Shown: positions 8,821 through 19,442 of the stretch, piece after piece | Numbering within the stretch: position 1 is the first letter of the stretch | How the letters are laid out: each line of letters begins with the position of its first letter | DNA from: a virus | Strand: one strand, 5' to 3' | Length of the DNA: 64,000 nt | Virus record (IMG/VR): IMGVR_UViG_3300009506_000009 | Span: 34,894-98,893 of that record | The notes under the pieces: model-generated | Told to the model about the DNA's origin: nothing | What the model saw: the letters and a program-made list of their open reading frames with translations, nothing else | Database searches by the model: none | Position numbers and translations under genes: made by a program

Positions 8821-8849
8821 TTGACATCGAAGATTGACTGTGGTAAAAT
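8821..8849 (+). promoter_or_regulatory. sigma70 promoter
   Basis: TTGACA-17-(TGG)TAAAAT upstream of ssb. Confidence 0.8.
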
Positions 8850-8899
8850 AGTGTTGCTGTCGAAAAAATTCTAACAACTAATTAATAAGGAGCAAACAA

Positions 8900-9316
8900 A
8901 TGTCAGCACAGAATCAACTCACTTTACTTGGAAACGTTGGAGGTGAAAACACAATCCGTCAGTCTACAAACGACGAGGGTAAAGTTACCGTTATCTCGTT
9001 TTCTTTTGCTGTTAATGAGTGGAGGTACAACAAAGCTACCAACCAGAAAGAACGCATGACCGACTTCCATAACGCTCAGGCGTTCGGTTACGTGGCTGGT
9101 CGCTTGGCCCAGTTCGTTGAGCAAGGCCAAGGTCTGTTACTTCAAGGGCGACTATACAAAGACCAATACACCAACAGTGAAGGCGAACAGCGCACCGCTT
9201 ATGGTATCGAGGTCGAGGACTTCGCTCTAGTTGGTGGTGGTGGACGTGGTGCCTCACAAGATGCTGAAGAGTCGGATGCCTCATCTGGATTGGAAGAGGA
9301 TGAGTTCCCGTTCTAA
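8900..9316 (+). CDS. ssb: single-stranded DNA-binding protein
   Basis: NQLTLLGNVG OB-fold start; acidic tail EEDEFPF. Confidence 0.93.
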   Translation: MSAQNQLTLLGNVGGENTIRQSTNDEGKVTVISFSFAVNEWRYNKATNQKERMTDFHNAQAFGYVAGRLAQFVEQGQGLLLQGRLYKDQYTNSEGEQRTAYGIEVEDFALVGGGGRGASQDAEESDASSGLEEDEFPF

Positions 9317-9762
9317 CCCCTTCTCGTCACCAGAAGTAGTTGTAAATACCGTGCCCCCTACCGAACTGGATGGGGGCACATTTGCAGAGCAGATGATGTA
9401 TCACTTATATGTTGCCCTTTGGTACGCCGAGCAAAACCATGCATCAACCAGGATAACACAGCCAATCCGTCTTGCTTTACGAATGACACTAACGCTTCAC
9501 CAACGTGGTAAATACTTTGATGAACATGGTCGTATCCGGCGATCAGCTAGGAGATAAGCATGAGCACTGAAATACTTTTGAATTGGATAGCAGATACGTT
9601 TGCTAAGACTGATGTCATTGACTTATATTTTATATTATCTGACCTAGTTGATATTCCTATCAGCGAAGCTGAATTATGTGAGACTGCTTACTTTGATGCC
9701 ATGGCAAGTGAGTCTGTCAATCAATATACGGGAGACAATACACCCATTGGTAAGACAGTAAT

Positions 9763-10140
9763 ATGATCTCATTAGCAGAATACCGTAAACAAATGCGCTT
9801 CCTCGCCATTACTCGTGACGGGGGACTTTGCATGATATGCAAATGGGTCCACCATCGAGAACGGGATGCTCAGGAAGTACACCACGTGTTTGGTAGGGGG
9901 ACCAGTAATGCATCGGTCAAAGAATATTATACTTCTCTCATGAGTGTTTGTATAGAGTGTCACCCACAACCAATCCTGTTACCACCAACAATGGAATGGC
10001 AGGCTACGATCCTCAGAGTTTGGAGAAACATGAACTGTGATCATCATAATAAAACAATGTTGATTGCACCAGAACTCGTTGTTGATAACCCGGTTGGCCT
10101 ATCAAGATTTAACATAAGTGATGGTCTGATCTACGATTGA
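9763..10140 (+). CDS. HNH-like nuclease
   Basis: RDGGLCMIC...EVHHVFGRG...CIECH. Confidence 0.6.
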   Translation: MISLAEYRKQMRFLAITRDGGLCMICKWVHHRERDAQEVHHVFGRGTSNASVKEYYTSLMSVCIECHPQPILLPPTMEWQATILRVWRNMNCDHHNKTMLIAPELVVDNPVGLSRFNISDGLIYD

Positions 10141-10151
10141 AGGAAGTAAGA

Positions 10152-10721
10152 ATGAGTAAGCCGCCAGCTACCTGGAAAAAGGTAGAGTTACGGATAGCAC
10201 GATACTTAGGTGGTCAACGCCGGGGTGCGGATTTTTCGGAGAGAGATGGTTCCAATATTGGGAAAGACGATGTTATTGATGTCCCAGGTTGGGCTATAGA
10301 AATCAAGCACGCCAAAGATGCAAGCTACGGATTAGCTTGCGAGGCGTTAGATCAGGTTGATCAAGTCTATGGAGTGGTGCAAGGCGAGGCCATGCCCGTA
10401 GCAATCATCCACCGTGGGGGAACACGGATAATTGAAGAGTCAGTGGTATGCTTCAGACCCAGGAAGTTCTGGTACTTAATGGCAGAACGCCCTAACGATA
10501 GCAAGTTTACGCTAGAAGCACCTATCTACTCGTCAACCAAACCGCTGTGGAAAAATATTATATCTGGTGTAACCAAGGTAAAACAGTTTATAGATGTTCC
10601 TTGTGTCCAAGTATATAAAATAGTTATGACAGAGGAGGGTCCTGATGTATATCGGAATCCTTGCTTTGTAGCCTGCTCTCTCCCGAACTTTAAAGAGTTC
10701 ATCCTTCCTTTGCGTCAATAG
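10152..10721 (+). CDS. PD-(D/E)XK nuclease, Holliday junction resolvase-like
   Basis: WKKVELRIARYLGG...DV...AIEIK. Confidence 0.6.
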   Translation: MSKPPATWKKVELRIARYLGGQRRGADFSERDGSNIGKDDVIDVPGWAIEIKHAKDASYGLACEALDQVDQVYGVVQGEAMPVAIIHRGGTRIIEESVVCFRPRKFWYLMAERPNDSKFTLEAPIYSSTKPLWKNIISGVTKVKQFIDVPCVQVYKIVMTEEGPDVYRNPCFVACSLPNFKEFILPLRQ

Positions 10722-10779
10722 GCGCAACTACAACTGAATACCCAAGCCACCTAGTGTGGCTTTTTGTTTAGGAGTTATT

Positions 10780-12438
10780 ATGGTAGAATATACCCCTATG
10801 TCTCCGCTTAGTCCAGAAGCGGAGAATGTTTTACGGTCTCGATATTACAAAGATGGTGAAACGTCTTGGGAAGAGGTAGTGGATCGTGTGTGTGAGCATA
10901 TGCACATTACCGATAAAAGTACACATGACATGTTGTTGCATCGTTACTTTCTTCCCAATACCCCTACTCTTGTAAATGCCGGGACACAATCTGGACTGAG
11001 TGCCTGCTTTGTACTTGATATGTACGACAGCATCGAAGATATCTACTCCGTAAAGTTTGACGTTGCACGGATAGCCAGAGCAGGTGGCGGAGTTGGGATC
11101 AGTTTGTCTCACTTGAGACCGATGGACCAACCAGTAAAGGGATCGTCTCATGGTAAGGCCGCAGGTCCGGTTGCCTTTGCCAGTACAATCTCCGTAGATG
11201 CTATGATTTTGACCCAGGCGGGATCACTACGGCCTATGGCTTTGATGTTTGTCATGGATGTTAGCCACCCTGATATACGAAAATTCATCACGGCTAAATC
11301 AGAAGAGGGAGTTATCACCAATGCGAATATTAGTGTTATGGTTGACGATGAGTTTATGCTTGCTGTTATTGAGGATCGGGATTATGACCTTACGTTTGAA
11401 GGCACAGTTTACGAAACAGTAAAAGCACGAGAGCTTTTCGATCTAATCACGGAGCACACCCACAAGAACGGTGAGCCTGGACTTCTCTTCAAAGATAAGA
11501 TTAACAATAACACCCCATATAGGTATGATAATAGAGTAATCTATGCCACAAATCCTTGTGGAGAGATACCTGCTCCAGACAATGCTGTCTGCAACCTTGG
11601 TTCATTGAACCTTGCTAACTTTGTACACGAAGATGGGTATGTAGATGCGTCACTACTTTCTGATGCCACTATACGTGCGGTAAAGTTTCTGGATAACGTG
11701 ATCACTTACAATCACTATCCTACAGAGGATATACGCAACTTCGTTGAAAGGTACCGTCCTATTGGTCTAGGCGTCATGGGTGTGGCGGACATGTTTCTTA
11801 AACTTGGTGTGCGATACGGCAGTCAAGAGTCGTTGGACCTCTTGGACAGTGTCATGGAGATAATCGCTACCGTAGCCAACCAGACATCTATGGCTTTGGG
11901 AATTACACTAGGAATACCCGAAGGGTGTGAGAACTTGCCAACACCACGTCGCCACGTAACCTGGGGTTCAGTTGCGCCCACAGGCAGTATCTCTATGATA
12001 GGTGGTTGTTCTTCGGGTATCGAACCTGTTTTTTCTCCTGTCGTGTATCGTCAAGACAACACAGGGACCTACACGATACCACACCCTGATGCTGACTTAG
12101 ATTGTTTTGTTAGTGCTGTTAATTCAGACCCCTCTCGCATAGTGTCGGTAGAGGAGCACATAAAGATGCTCTCTGTGGCACAGAAACACGTTGACAGCGG
12201 CGTAAGCAAGACAATCAACCTCCCACATGAGTCTACCGTGGAAAACGTCGCAGAAGCCGTCCTGATGGCTTGGAGAGACCCTTTCATCAAAGGTACTGCA
12301 TTGTACCGTGATGGGTCCAGGGATGTGCAAGTGCTCTCATCCGTTGATCTGTGCCCTGAATGTGAGACCCCATTGGAGTCTGATGGAGGTTGTCAACACT
12401 GCCCAAGCTGTGGATGGGGAGCTTGTGCTATTTCTTGA
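10780..12438 (+). CDS. nrdJ: class II (adenosylcobalamin-dependent) ribonucleotide reductase
   Basis: PNTPTLVNAG, SACFV, TNPCGEI, APTGSIS, VSKTIN; C-terminal CPEC...CPSCGWGAC; no R2 gene nearby. Confidence 0.9.
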   Translation: MVEYTPMSPLSPEAENVLRSRYYKDGETSWEEVVDRVCEHMHITDKSTHDMLLHRYFLPNTPTLVNAGTQSGLSACFVLDMYDSIEDIYSVKFDVARIARAGGGVGISLSHLRPMDQPVKGSSHGKAAGPVAFASTISVDAMILTQAGSLRPMALMFVMDVSHPDIRKFITAKSEEGVITNANISVMVDDEFMLAVIEDRDYDLTFEGTVYETVKARELFDLITEHTHKNGEPGLLFKDKINNNTPYRYDNRVIYATNPCGEIPAPDNAVCNLGSLNLANFVHEDGYVDASLLSDATIRAVKFLDNVITYNHYPTEDIRNFVERYRPIGLGVMGVADMFLKLGVRYGSQESLDLLDSVMEIIATVANQTSMALGITLGIPEGCENLPTPRRHVTWGSVAPTGSISMIGGCSSGIEPVFSPVVYRQDNTGTYTIPHPDADLDCFVSAVNSDPSRIVSVEEHIKMLSVAQKHVDSGVSKTINLPHESTVENVAEAVLMAWRDPFIKGTALYRDGSRDVQVLSSVDLCPECETPLESDGGCQHCPSCGWGACAIS

Positions 12439-12463
12439 CAAAACAAATCAAGTGTGTTATACT
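12435..12463 (+). promoter_or_regulatory. sigma70 promoter
   Basis: TTGACA-17-(TGT)TATACT. Confidence 0.75.
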
Positions 12464-12782
12464 GTAGCCCAATGAAACCGTTGGGCTTTTTTTGTTTACC
12501 TGGAGGTTCCTATGTTGAGAGATATACTTGAGGTAATACAGGATATCTGGAATGATGCGTTTGGTAAGGCGATTGCAATTACATGTATGGTTGGGATCGT
12601 TCTAATTATTGTTCTTGGCGTGCTTGCAAGCCAGCACTCAACCAATACAATGATGCTACGTAAAACTTGTGCCGACAATGGATACCCAACCTTTCGTGAG
12701 ATTGGAGGGGAGTATTACTGTCAGAGGTTAGTTGATGGTACTGATGAGATTGTGCCTGTCACTATCTTCATAGGAGACTGAT

Positions 12783-13508
12783 ATGGCTAGTCGTGCTAAG
12801 GCTAAGAATTATACAAACAACACACGTACAACTAAATCCACTGGAAAGATCAGGCCAGAAGAGGCTCGTGTTTGGATGCTACGGTTTATGGGTTTGCTCT
12901 GGTCTCTTGGTGCCGCTGGTTTTACTATCTACTTTTCAGCCAGTGGGTTTGGTACCTTGTTTGATGGTGGACCTGTCATTAAAGCGTTTGGTGGGTTTAT
13001 TGCGTTTGGTGTTGTCTTCTGGCAACTTTACTTCTACCAGGGGTATACTGAGAACAAGACCTTCCTATCTGTAAGTGTGTTCGCTATGCTGTACTCTCTT
13101 TGGAGCACATGGATTGGACTGATGACTTTGGGCAACACAGATATGTTTGCTGAACCTATGAAGGCTCTCTGGAAGCTGTTCTTTGCTGTTCTTATTGACT
13201 GGACTGCTGAGCCTGTCTTTCTGTTTGCTGTCTTTGGTAAGGAAGCTCTTAGAGTTTCTGATGCTATTGGTGCGTTCTTTGATATCATTATCCCTGGTGA
13301 TCAGAGTGGCTTGTACAAGAAGCGGTCCTTTTCTCTCTTCAACCGAAAGAAGAACCACACACCATATACCACCCCCTCTACGGCTCCGTTACGAACTACA
13401 CCAGTTGCTGGTGGTCGTACCAACTTTAACGCTACAGCACATGGTGAGGATCGTCGCACAATCCCATCACATGTTGCTGAGTTACAGGAACGACTAAAGA
13501 GGATATAA
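12783..13508 (+). CDS. multi-pass membrane protein
   Basis: About four hydrophobic segments; GGAG RBS. Confidence 0.6.
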   Translation: MASRAKAKNYTNNTRTTKSTGKIRPEEARVWMLRFMGLLWSLGAAGFTIYFSASGFGTLFDGGPVIKAFGGFIAFGVVFWQLYFYQGYTENKTFLSVSVFAMLYSLWSTWIGLMTLGNTDMFAEPMKALWKLFFAVLIDWTAEPVFLFAVFGKEALRVSDAIGAFFDIIIPGDQSGLYKKRSFSLFNRKKNHTPYTTPSTAPLRTTPVAGGRTNFNATAHGEDRRTIPSHVAELQERLKRI

Positions 13509-14006
13509 TATATGAGCGTGATTACTGTACTATTGTTGATCTGGCTAGTTGGCTTTGCATTAACAACGTTGGCGGTTTTTTGGATAGATGGAGATGATGC
13601 AGGTCAACCAGGATGGGGATGCACCGCTCTTGTGGTCTCGGTGTTTTGGTTTGTCTTCTGGCCTTATATTGTGATAGCTCAACGTAAAAGGGAAAAGAAA
13701 CTGAGGAGGTTTATCCATGATGACCATTAAATCAGATACCTATATGCTCTGGCAGAATAATGACCCCTCCAAAGATGTCACAGTTGAAATGACTATTCGG
13801 TGGGGTATTGAGCACTTTGAACGTAAGTATCAACAGCCAGTTGTGCATATCTCATGTCATAAGCAGGTACCTCTATCGGACTTGGTGAAAACCTTTCCTG
13901 GGATCACTTTTAATCATGATGAGTCCATCTATACCACGTCCCTGCTTTACATTTATGGTAAGTTGAAACCAGAAGTAGAGCAGGAAGAATTACTCTAGGA
14001 GAAACT

Positions 14007-14540
14007 ATGTATGTAGAATTAGCAAAAGCTTTAAGTGAATACCAGCCCAATACCCACTTGACTGCCATCTACCCACGGGAGCATGCCCTTAGCTATCTTT
14101 TAATGGGTCTTATGGCAGAGGTCTCTGAGTTTGGTAACAGCGAGACTAGAGAGGACGCCATCAAAGAGTTGGGCGACCTATTCTGGTTTACCTCCGAACT
14201 TGCCACCCTCATTAATGCCGACCTCTCTACTCTCTATCAGGCCAGCCCCGGCATCAACGAACTCGGAGAAGCTTGGCGACCACCCAAGGGCGATGTAATC
14301 GCTATGGCGATCTTCTCCAACGAGGTCATGGACATCCAGGGTGTAGCCGCAAAACATCTTCGTGATGGTACACCCTATGAAGATGAGATGTCTTTGTTCC
14401 TGACACGAGCACTCCGCACCTGGGAAACGATTGCAGATGCGATGGGGGCAGATGCTGTACCGCTATTATATGACAATCTGGCAAAACTACAGTCCAGACA
14501 ACGCCGGGGTGTACTCGGTGGATCAGGAGATAATAGATAA
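14007..14540 (+). CDS. MazG-like nucleoside triphosphate pyrophosphohydrolase
   Basis: GLMAEVSE, KELGDLFW, NLAKLQSRQRRGVLGGSGDNR. Confidence 0.85.
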   Translation: MYVELAKALSEYQPNTHLTAIYPREHALSYLLMGLMAEVSEFGNSETREDAIKELGDLFWFTSELATLINADLSTLYQASPGINELGEAWRPPKGDVIAMAIFSNEVMDIQGVAAKHLRDGTPYEDEMSLFLTRALRTWETIADAMGADAVPLLYDNLAKLQSRQRRGVLGGSGDNR

Positions 14541-14543
14541 CCG

Positions 14544-14562
14544 CCCCCGTAAGGGGGTTTTT
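14544..14562 (+). terminator. intrinsic terminator
   Basis: CCCCC-GTAA-GGGGG-TTTTT. Confidence 0.8.
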
Positions 14563-14567
14563 CATCC

Positions 14568-14596
14568 TTGACACAGCCTGCCTTCTGTGTTAAAAT
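14568..14596 (+). promoter_or_regulatory. sigma70 promoter
   Basis: TTGACA-17-(TGT)TAAAAT upstream of rtcB. Confidence 0.8.
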
Positions 14597-14623
14597 CATT
14601 CTACTTTTTATGGAGGTGTAACT

Positions 14624-15814
14624 ATGGCAGACCTTTATATCCCAGGCAACCCATCAATAGATGAGGCAATAGAATACTTCGGCGCAGAAGCAATGAAGCA
14701 GGTCCAGACCCTGGTCTCTCGACCAGAGTTTACTCATGTGCGCCTAATGCGGGATGGTCACCTTGGCTATCAGTCTATGCCAATCGGTGGGGTAACTGTA
14801 TCACATCGATATATTGCTCCTGGTGGGGCAGGGTTTGATATTGGGTGTGGTAATTGGGCTGGTAAAACAGAAGTTCATATGTCTTACTTAACCAGAGGTG
14901 ACCTGTATGAATTGGGGATCGAAATCTCTAAGAAGATTGCTATTGGTCTTGGTCAGGCTTATGGTACGTTCGCTGACCACCCACTGCTTCCAGACATCAT
15001 CCATGCAGTTAAGGATGCTCATATCAATATCACACCTGAAGTTATCATTAACCAGTTTGGTTCCGTTGGTGCAGGCAACCACTATATTGACCTGATGACA
15101 GACTCCGAAGGATATATCTGGATCGCTCTTCACTATGGCTCCCGTAAGCTTGGGCATACCATTGCTGATCACTACCTTAAGATGCTTGGAGCTAATGACG
15201 GTATGTTCTCGATGCCTGTATTCCTGGATACATGGTCGATGGTTGGTCAAGAGTACCTACGCCTTATGGAGCTTGCAGGTGAGTATGCTAGAGTATCACG
15301 CCGCTTGGTAGGTACAAAGATTGCTACGCAAATCCTTCAAGACACTGTGGTTGATGTAGTAGAGAACCACCACAACTACATCTGGCAGGAAGTACATCAT
15401 GGTGAAGCTGTCTATGTTACCCGCAAGGGTGCAACTCCCGTTCACCCAGGTGTACGTGCTTTCATCGGTGGCTCCATGGGTACGGACTCAATTATTGTGG
15501 AAGCAATTGACTGTGACGAAAACAACAAGACATTCCGCTCGGCTATGCATGGTGCTGGACGTACTATCAGCCGTGGTATGGCAAAGGGTAAGTTTACACG
15601 CAGTGGAGAAATGAAGCGTGCTCCACTAGTAACAAAGGAAATGATGAACGGCTGGATGAATACGGAAGGGATCATTCGGATTGGTGGTGGGGTTGACGAG
15701 TCACCACACTGCTACCGTAACTTGATCGAAGATGTGCTTCCTTATTACCCGCACCTTAAGGTTAAGGAAATCCTATCTCCAGTCGTAGTTATCATGAACC
15801 CTGATGAGCATTAA
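14624..15814 (+). CDS. rtcB: RtcB RNA ligase
   Basis: DGHLG, GFDIGCG, GAGNHY, LHYGSR, HHN, RKGAT, HGAGR, DESP motifs. Confidence 0.95.
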   Translation: MADLYIPGNPSIDEAIEYFGAEAMKQVQTLVSRPEFTHVRLMRDGHLGYQSMPIGGVTVSHRYIAPGGAGFDIGCGNWAGKTEVHMSYLTRGDLYELGIEISKKIAIGLGQAYGTFADHPLLPDIIHAVKDAHINITPEVIINQFGSVGAGNHYIDLMTDSEGYIWIALHYGSRKLGHTIADHYLKMLGANDGMFSMPVFLDTWSMVGQEYLRLMELAGEYARVSRRLVGTKIATQILQDTVVDVVENHHNYIWQEVHHGEAVYVTRKGATPVHPGVRAFIGGSMGTDSIIVEAIDCDENNKTFRSAMHGAGRTISRGMAKGKFTRSGEMKRAPLVTKEMMNGWMNTEGIIRIGGGVDESPHCYRNLIEDVLPYYPHLKVKEILSPVVVIMNPDEH

Positions 15815-15819
15815 TGAGT

Positions 15820-15842
15820 GGCCCACTTCGGTGGGCCTTTTT
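15820..15842 (+). terminator. intrinsic terminator
   Basis: GGCCCAC-TTCG-GTGGGCC-TTTTT. Confidence 0.85.
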
Positions 15843-15881
15843 CTTGACTTTTACTAGGGAGTATGGTACAATACCTGCACT

Positions 15882-16682
15882 ATGAAAAACGAACTCAGCC
15901 TACTAGAATATATGTACAACCTGGACCTGCTAGGGTTCAGGGGTTCCCTGCCACCTGTGGAAAATAAAATCTTCGAAGTGTATGCCGGGTCCTATGGTCG
16001 TAAGATCGCTGGTCTTATGTCAGATGTAGATATCGTGGCTGTGTATGTACCAGACTATGATGACCTTTACGGGCACCTTGTACCTGGGTTTGGTACAAAG
16101 ACAGAACGCTTCAAAGCCTTTCACACACCAGACTATATGGTGAAGCTCAATGCTGGTATGAAGAAAGTAGATGTAACAGCGTTTGATGTGGTACACTTCT
16201 TCAACTTACTACTCAAAGGTAGCCCAAATCATGTGGAATACCTATTCCTTGAGCCAGGACGTAAGCTCACAGAAGCTGGAAGTATCCTGCTGGCTAATCG
16301 TGATCTGTTTGTTACGCAAACACTGGTTACCAAGCTGATCGCCGCAGGCAAACACATCATGCTTAGAGAAAGCCCACACTCCATCAAAGACTACATGCTG
16401 GCTACCCGCTTCTTTATCTATGCGGTACACGCCTACAGCCATGGAACACTGATGCCTGAACTTACGGTTAAGCTAATGCGAGAGATTAGGGATACAAATG
16501 ATTGGGATTACGCTCAGATGTGGGCAAAATCTTTCTATGAGCATGTCACTCAACTAGTAGAGACAAAAGATACTTTTATCCCGAAAGAAACCAGTGAAGA
16601 GCTTGCTAATGAAGTCCTGCTACAGGTCCTACACGCTCATTGGAACTCACGAGCAAAGGAGAACTATGACTGCTACTCTTGA
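15882..16682 (+). CDS. Pol-beta superfamily nucleotidyltransferase (RlaP/YcgL-like)
   Basis: AGSYGRKIAGLMSDVDIVAVY, FFNLLLKGSPNHVEYLF; adjacent to rtcB. Confidence 0.75.
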   Translation: MKNELSLLEYMYNLDLLGFRGSLPPVENKIFEVYAGSYGRKIAGLMSDVDIVAVYVPDYDDLYGHLVPGFGTKTERFKAFHTPDYMVKLNAGMKKVDVTAFDVVHFFNLLLKGSPNHVEYLFLEPGRKLTEAGSILLANRDLFVTQTLVTKLIAAGKHIMLRESPHSIKDYMLATRFFIYAVHAYSHGTLMPELTVKLMREIRDTNDWDYAQMWAKSFYEHVTQLVETKDTFIPKETSEELANEVLLQVLHAHWNSRAKENYDCYS

Positions 16683-17676
16683 TCTTGTACGTAAAGCGTT
16701 TGGTCCTGAAATCGCATATCAGCTAGGAGAGGAAGGCCGATCACCGAATGTGACCTTCCTCCCTACAGGCATTGCTACACTCGATGAAGCTTTGGGGGGT
16801 GGGGTACCTGCTGGACGGATTATAGAGATTTACGGTCCTGAAAGCTCAGGAAAGACTGCCACTGCGTGTGCCATTGTGGGGTCCTTACAACGCCATGGGT
16901 ATGATGCTGTCTACGTTGATCTTGAATATTCTCTCAACCTACAGGAGGCTGACAGCAATGGAATGAGCATCGATGATGTGATTATCTCTCAGCCTGACGA
17001 TGCTCGTACAGCTATGAAAGTTATTGAAACCGTTGTTCGGGGAGCACAGAACAAAACTGTTGTCGTGCTCGATAGTGTTGCTGGCCTCGTCACACCCGCA
17101 GAGTTAGAGGCTGATCCTGGTGATGCCAGGATTGGCGAGACAGCTAGACTTATGTCTCAGATGATGCGTAAGTTGGCTGGTCCTACCAGTACTGGAGAGC
17201 ATGTGCTAATATTCACAAACCAACTACGTATGAAGATTGGTGTAATGTTTGGCAACCCGGAGACTACTACAGGGGGTCGTGCCTTGCGCTTTTGGGCGTC
17301 TCAACGGATACAGCTACTTGGTCGTCAGAAACTCATGGAAGGCAAAACCACCCCTATTGGCATTAACTGTAGGGCACGTATTGACAAAAATAAAGTAGCT
17401 CCACCATTCAAGAATGCCGACTACGTGATCCTGTTTGATGGTACCGGGATCGACCGAGTACCTGCAACCCTTACCGTTGCAAACAAGTATGGGATCGTCC
17501 GTAAGAGCGGTGGATATCACTACTACCCACCAGACGCCGAGAAGTATACTGCTTCATCGTTTGACAACATGGTGGCATGGTTGAAAGATAAAGAGCACGT
17601 AGAAGACTACCAAGAAATATACAACCAAGTTGTTGAAGCTGTAAAGCCCCCTACTATCGAAACCCCTTCTGCGTAA
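16666..17676 (+). CDS. recA: recombinase RecA
   Basis: GRIIEIYGPESSGKT, LDSVAGL, NQLRMKIGVMFGNPETTTGGRALRF, KNKVAPPF. Confidence 0.97.
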   Translation: MTATLDLVRKAFGPEIAYQLGEEGRSPNVTFLPTGIATLDEALGGGVPAGRIIEIYGPESSGKTATACAIVGSLQRHGYDAVYVDLEYSLNLQEADSNGMSIDDVIISQPDDARTAMKVIETVVRGAQNKTVVVLDSVAGLVTPAELEADPGDARIGETARLMSQMMRKLAGPTSTGEHVLIFTNQLRMKIGVMFGNPETTTGGRALRFWASQRIQLLGRQKLMEGKTTPIGINCRARIDKNKVAPPFKNADYVILFDGTGIDRVPATLTVANKYGIVRKSGGYHYYPPDAEKYTASSFDNMVAWLKDKEHVEDYQEIYNQVVEAVKPPTIETPSA

Positions 17677-17745
17677 GGGGTTTTTCTTGTTTTTCACGCC
17701 TGGGGAAGTGGTTAGTATAGGCATATCATTGGAGTGGGGGAGGGG

Positions 17746-17774
17746 TTGACAGTTGTCCTCGTATGTGATATAAT
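17746..17774 (+). promoter_or_regulatory. sigma70 promoter, leaderless transcript
   Basis: TTGACA-17-TATAAT, ATG 6 nt downstream. Confidence 0.8.
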
Positions 17775-17780
17775 GACGAC

Positions 17781-18338
17781 ATGCCCGATGGAAAGACTCA
17801 CCTAACATATAATAACCGATGGAAACCTGCCCTACTTTTTCTAGGGTCTATCTTCTTTCTATCTGTTGGCTTTGGCATGTTCCCTGATCTTCCCAGTTTA
17901 TCCTGGAAGGTAACCATCCTGGGGTATGTGGGATACTTATGTGGGATATTCATCAGCCGTTGGATTGATCCAGACTCTGACCTCATGGGTATGACAGAAT
18001 CAGAAGGTCGCTTAATGAATGAATGGCGCATCACAAAGTTTCGTTTTATCCAGGAGCTTGGTGGTGCCTTTGGTTTCTTGATCGTTTGGTGGATGCTACC
18101 TTATGCATATATCATGCGCTTCTTTGGTGGACATCGTGGACTATCCCATGTCTATGTCCTTGGGACCCTTACTAGAGTCCTCTGGTTGCTGGTCCCCATT
18201 GCCCTAGTCTGGTGGTGGTATTACTGGAGCTACCCTGAGTTTGTGACTCCCTGGCTAATTGGGGTCTTCATCGGACTATCCATAATGGATAGTCTACACG
18301 TTTGGTTAGATAATCACCCACCCAGGAGGCTAAGATGA
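17781..18338 (+). CDS. DUF2227-like metal-binding membrane protein
   Basis: MPDGKTH, DPDSD, HRGLSH, HVWLD. Confidence 0.75.
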   Translation: MPDGKTHLTYNNRWKPALLFLGSIFFLSVGFGMFPDLPSLSWKVTILGYVGYLCGIFISRWIDPDSDLMGMTESEGRLMNEWRITKFRFIQELGGAFGFLIVWWMLPYAYIMRFFGGHRGLSHVYVLGTLTRVLWLLVPIALVWWWYYWSYPEFVTPWLIGVFIGLSIMDSLHVWLDNHPPRRLR

Positions 18339-18564
18339 CAGCCCCATTTCTTCCAGACTTTCAGATTGAATTAGAGGCTGAGGACTTTACATTGTGCAGG
18401 CTAAACATAGATGTTAAACCTGTATTATGGGGAGAGTGGTATGTTAGAATAAGTGAAAAACGATGGTATGTGGTTGACTTTAAAATGGGTCATATCGCTA
18501 GAATGAAGTTGAAAAGACAGTGGTCCAGGCTAGAGGCTCTGTACCAAAAAACAAAGGAGATGAA

Positions 18565-18960
18565 ATGAAAAAGTTAGTTGGTTTGGTTATAGCATTGGTG
18601 TTGCTGTTTGGGTCGTTGACAAGTTGTATGACATCTGATGCAGATATTGCATCAAAGAACTTATCCCGGTCTGCGGATCAGTTTGAGGTTACTCGTCGGA
18701 TCGTGTTTTATAACGGGATCACTGGTGAGTATATCCTGCAACTAGAAGGGCTGTGCTCACTTGGTAATTACGATTCCGCTGGAGAACTGACGGTCACGTG
18801 TAAGACTGGACCAGACCAGTACAAGAAACACTTCCTGGGCCTATCGGATAATGTTACGTACTTCGCTGAACAGATTGACTCTGCTGGTGTCAGCCCGTAT
18901 CACTACCGAGTGATCTTCAAGCCTGCCGCAATCATCCCGGACATCGACCTGGAGCCGTAA
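18565..18960 (+). CDS. conserved phage lipoprotein
   Basis: Lipobox LTSC; RRIVFYNGITG...YKKHFLGLSDNVTYFAEQ. Confidence 0.7.
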   Translation: MKKLVGLVIALVLLFGSLTSCMTSDADIASKNLSRSADQFEVTRRIVFYNGITGEYILQLEGLCSLGNYDSAGELTVTCKTGPDQYKKHFLGLSDNVTYFAEQIDSAGVSPYHYRVIFKPAAIIPDIDLEP

Positions 18961-19433
18961 TGAGCGTAATCGAACAGCGGTGGGTAGGAACGGGGTTCGA
19001 ATTAAACCATGTGGGCACGGACGATGTGCCCACAACAACTCTTTCCTATGTCAGCATGGGGTCCAAGCTTGAGCGGGTCACTCACTCCGTTATTTTGCGA
19101 GACTCCACCAGGATTCAATACCCACATTGGAACTACAAGCGTGAGGTCCAGGACGCAATGGAGTACCTTACTCGCTGTCTCAAAGAAAGTTGTCGAGGCA
19201 AAGGCATCCTGGACGAGAGTAGCATCGAGTTCACTACTGACTATGATTATGATAGAAAAGGTGAAATCCTTCGCATCCATGCTAACTTGATGGTTCCGTA
19301 CTCACCACCACCAACGATAATTAAGGCAGAGCCTAAAAAGTATTATTGTGATCACTGCGACTCCGTTGCATTAGAAGATGAGTACCACTCAGGCACCTGC
19401 GAGAATTGCGGTGCACCGTTTCCAAAACCATAG
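18960..19433 (+). CDS. hypothetical protein with Zn ribbon
   Basis: CDHC...CENCGAP. Confidence 0.55.
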   Translation: MSVIEQRWVGTGFELNHVGTDDVPTTTLSYVSMGSKLERVTHSVILRDSTRIQYPHWNYKREVQDAMEYLTRCLKESCRGKGILDESSIEFTTDYDYDRKGEILRIHANLMVPYSPPPTIIKAEPKKYYCDHCDSVALEDEYHSGTCENCGAPFPKP

Positions 19434-19442
19434 GAGAACATC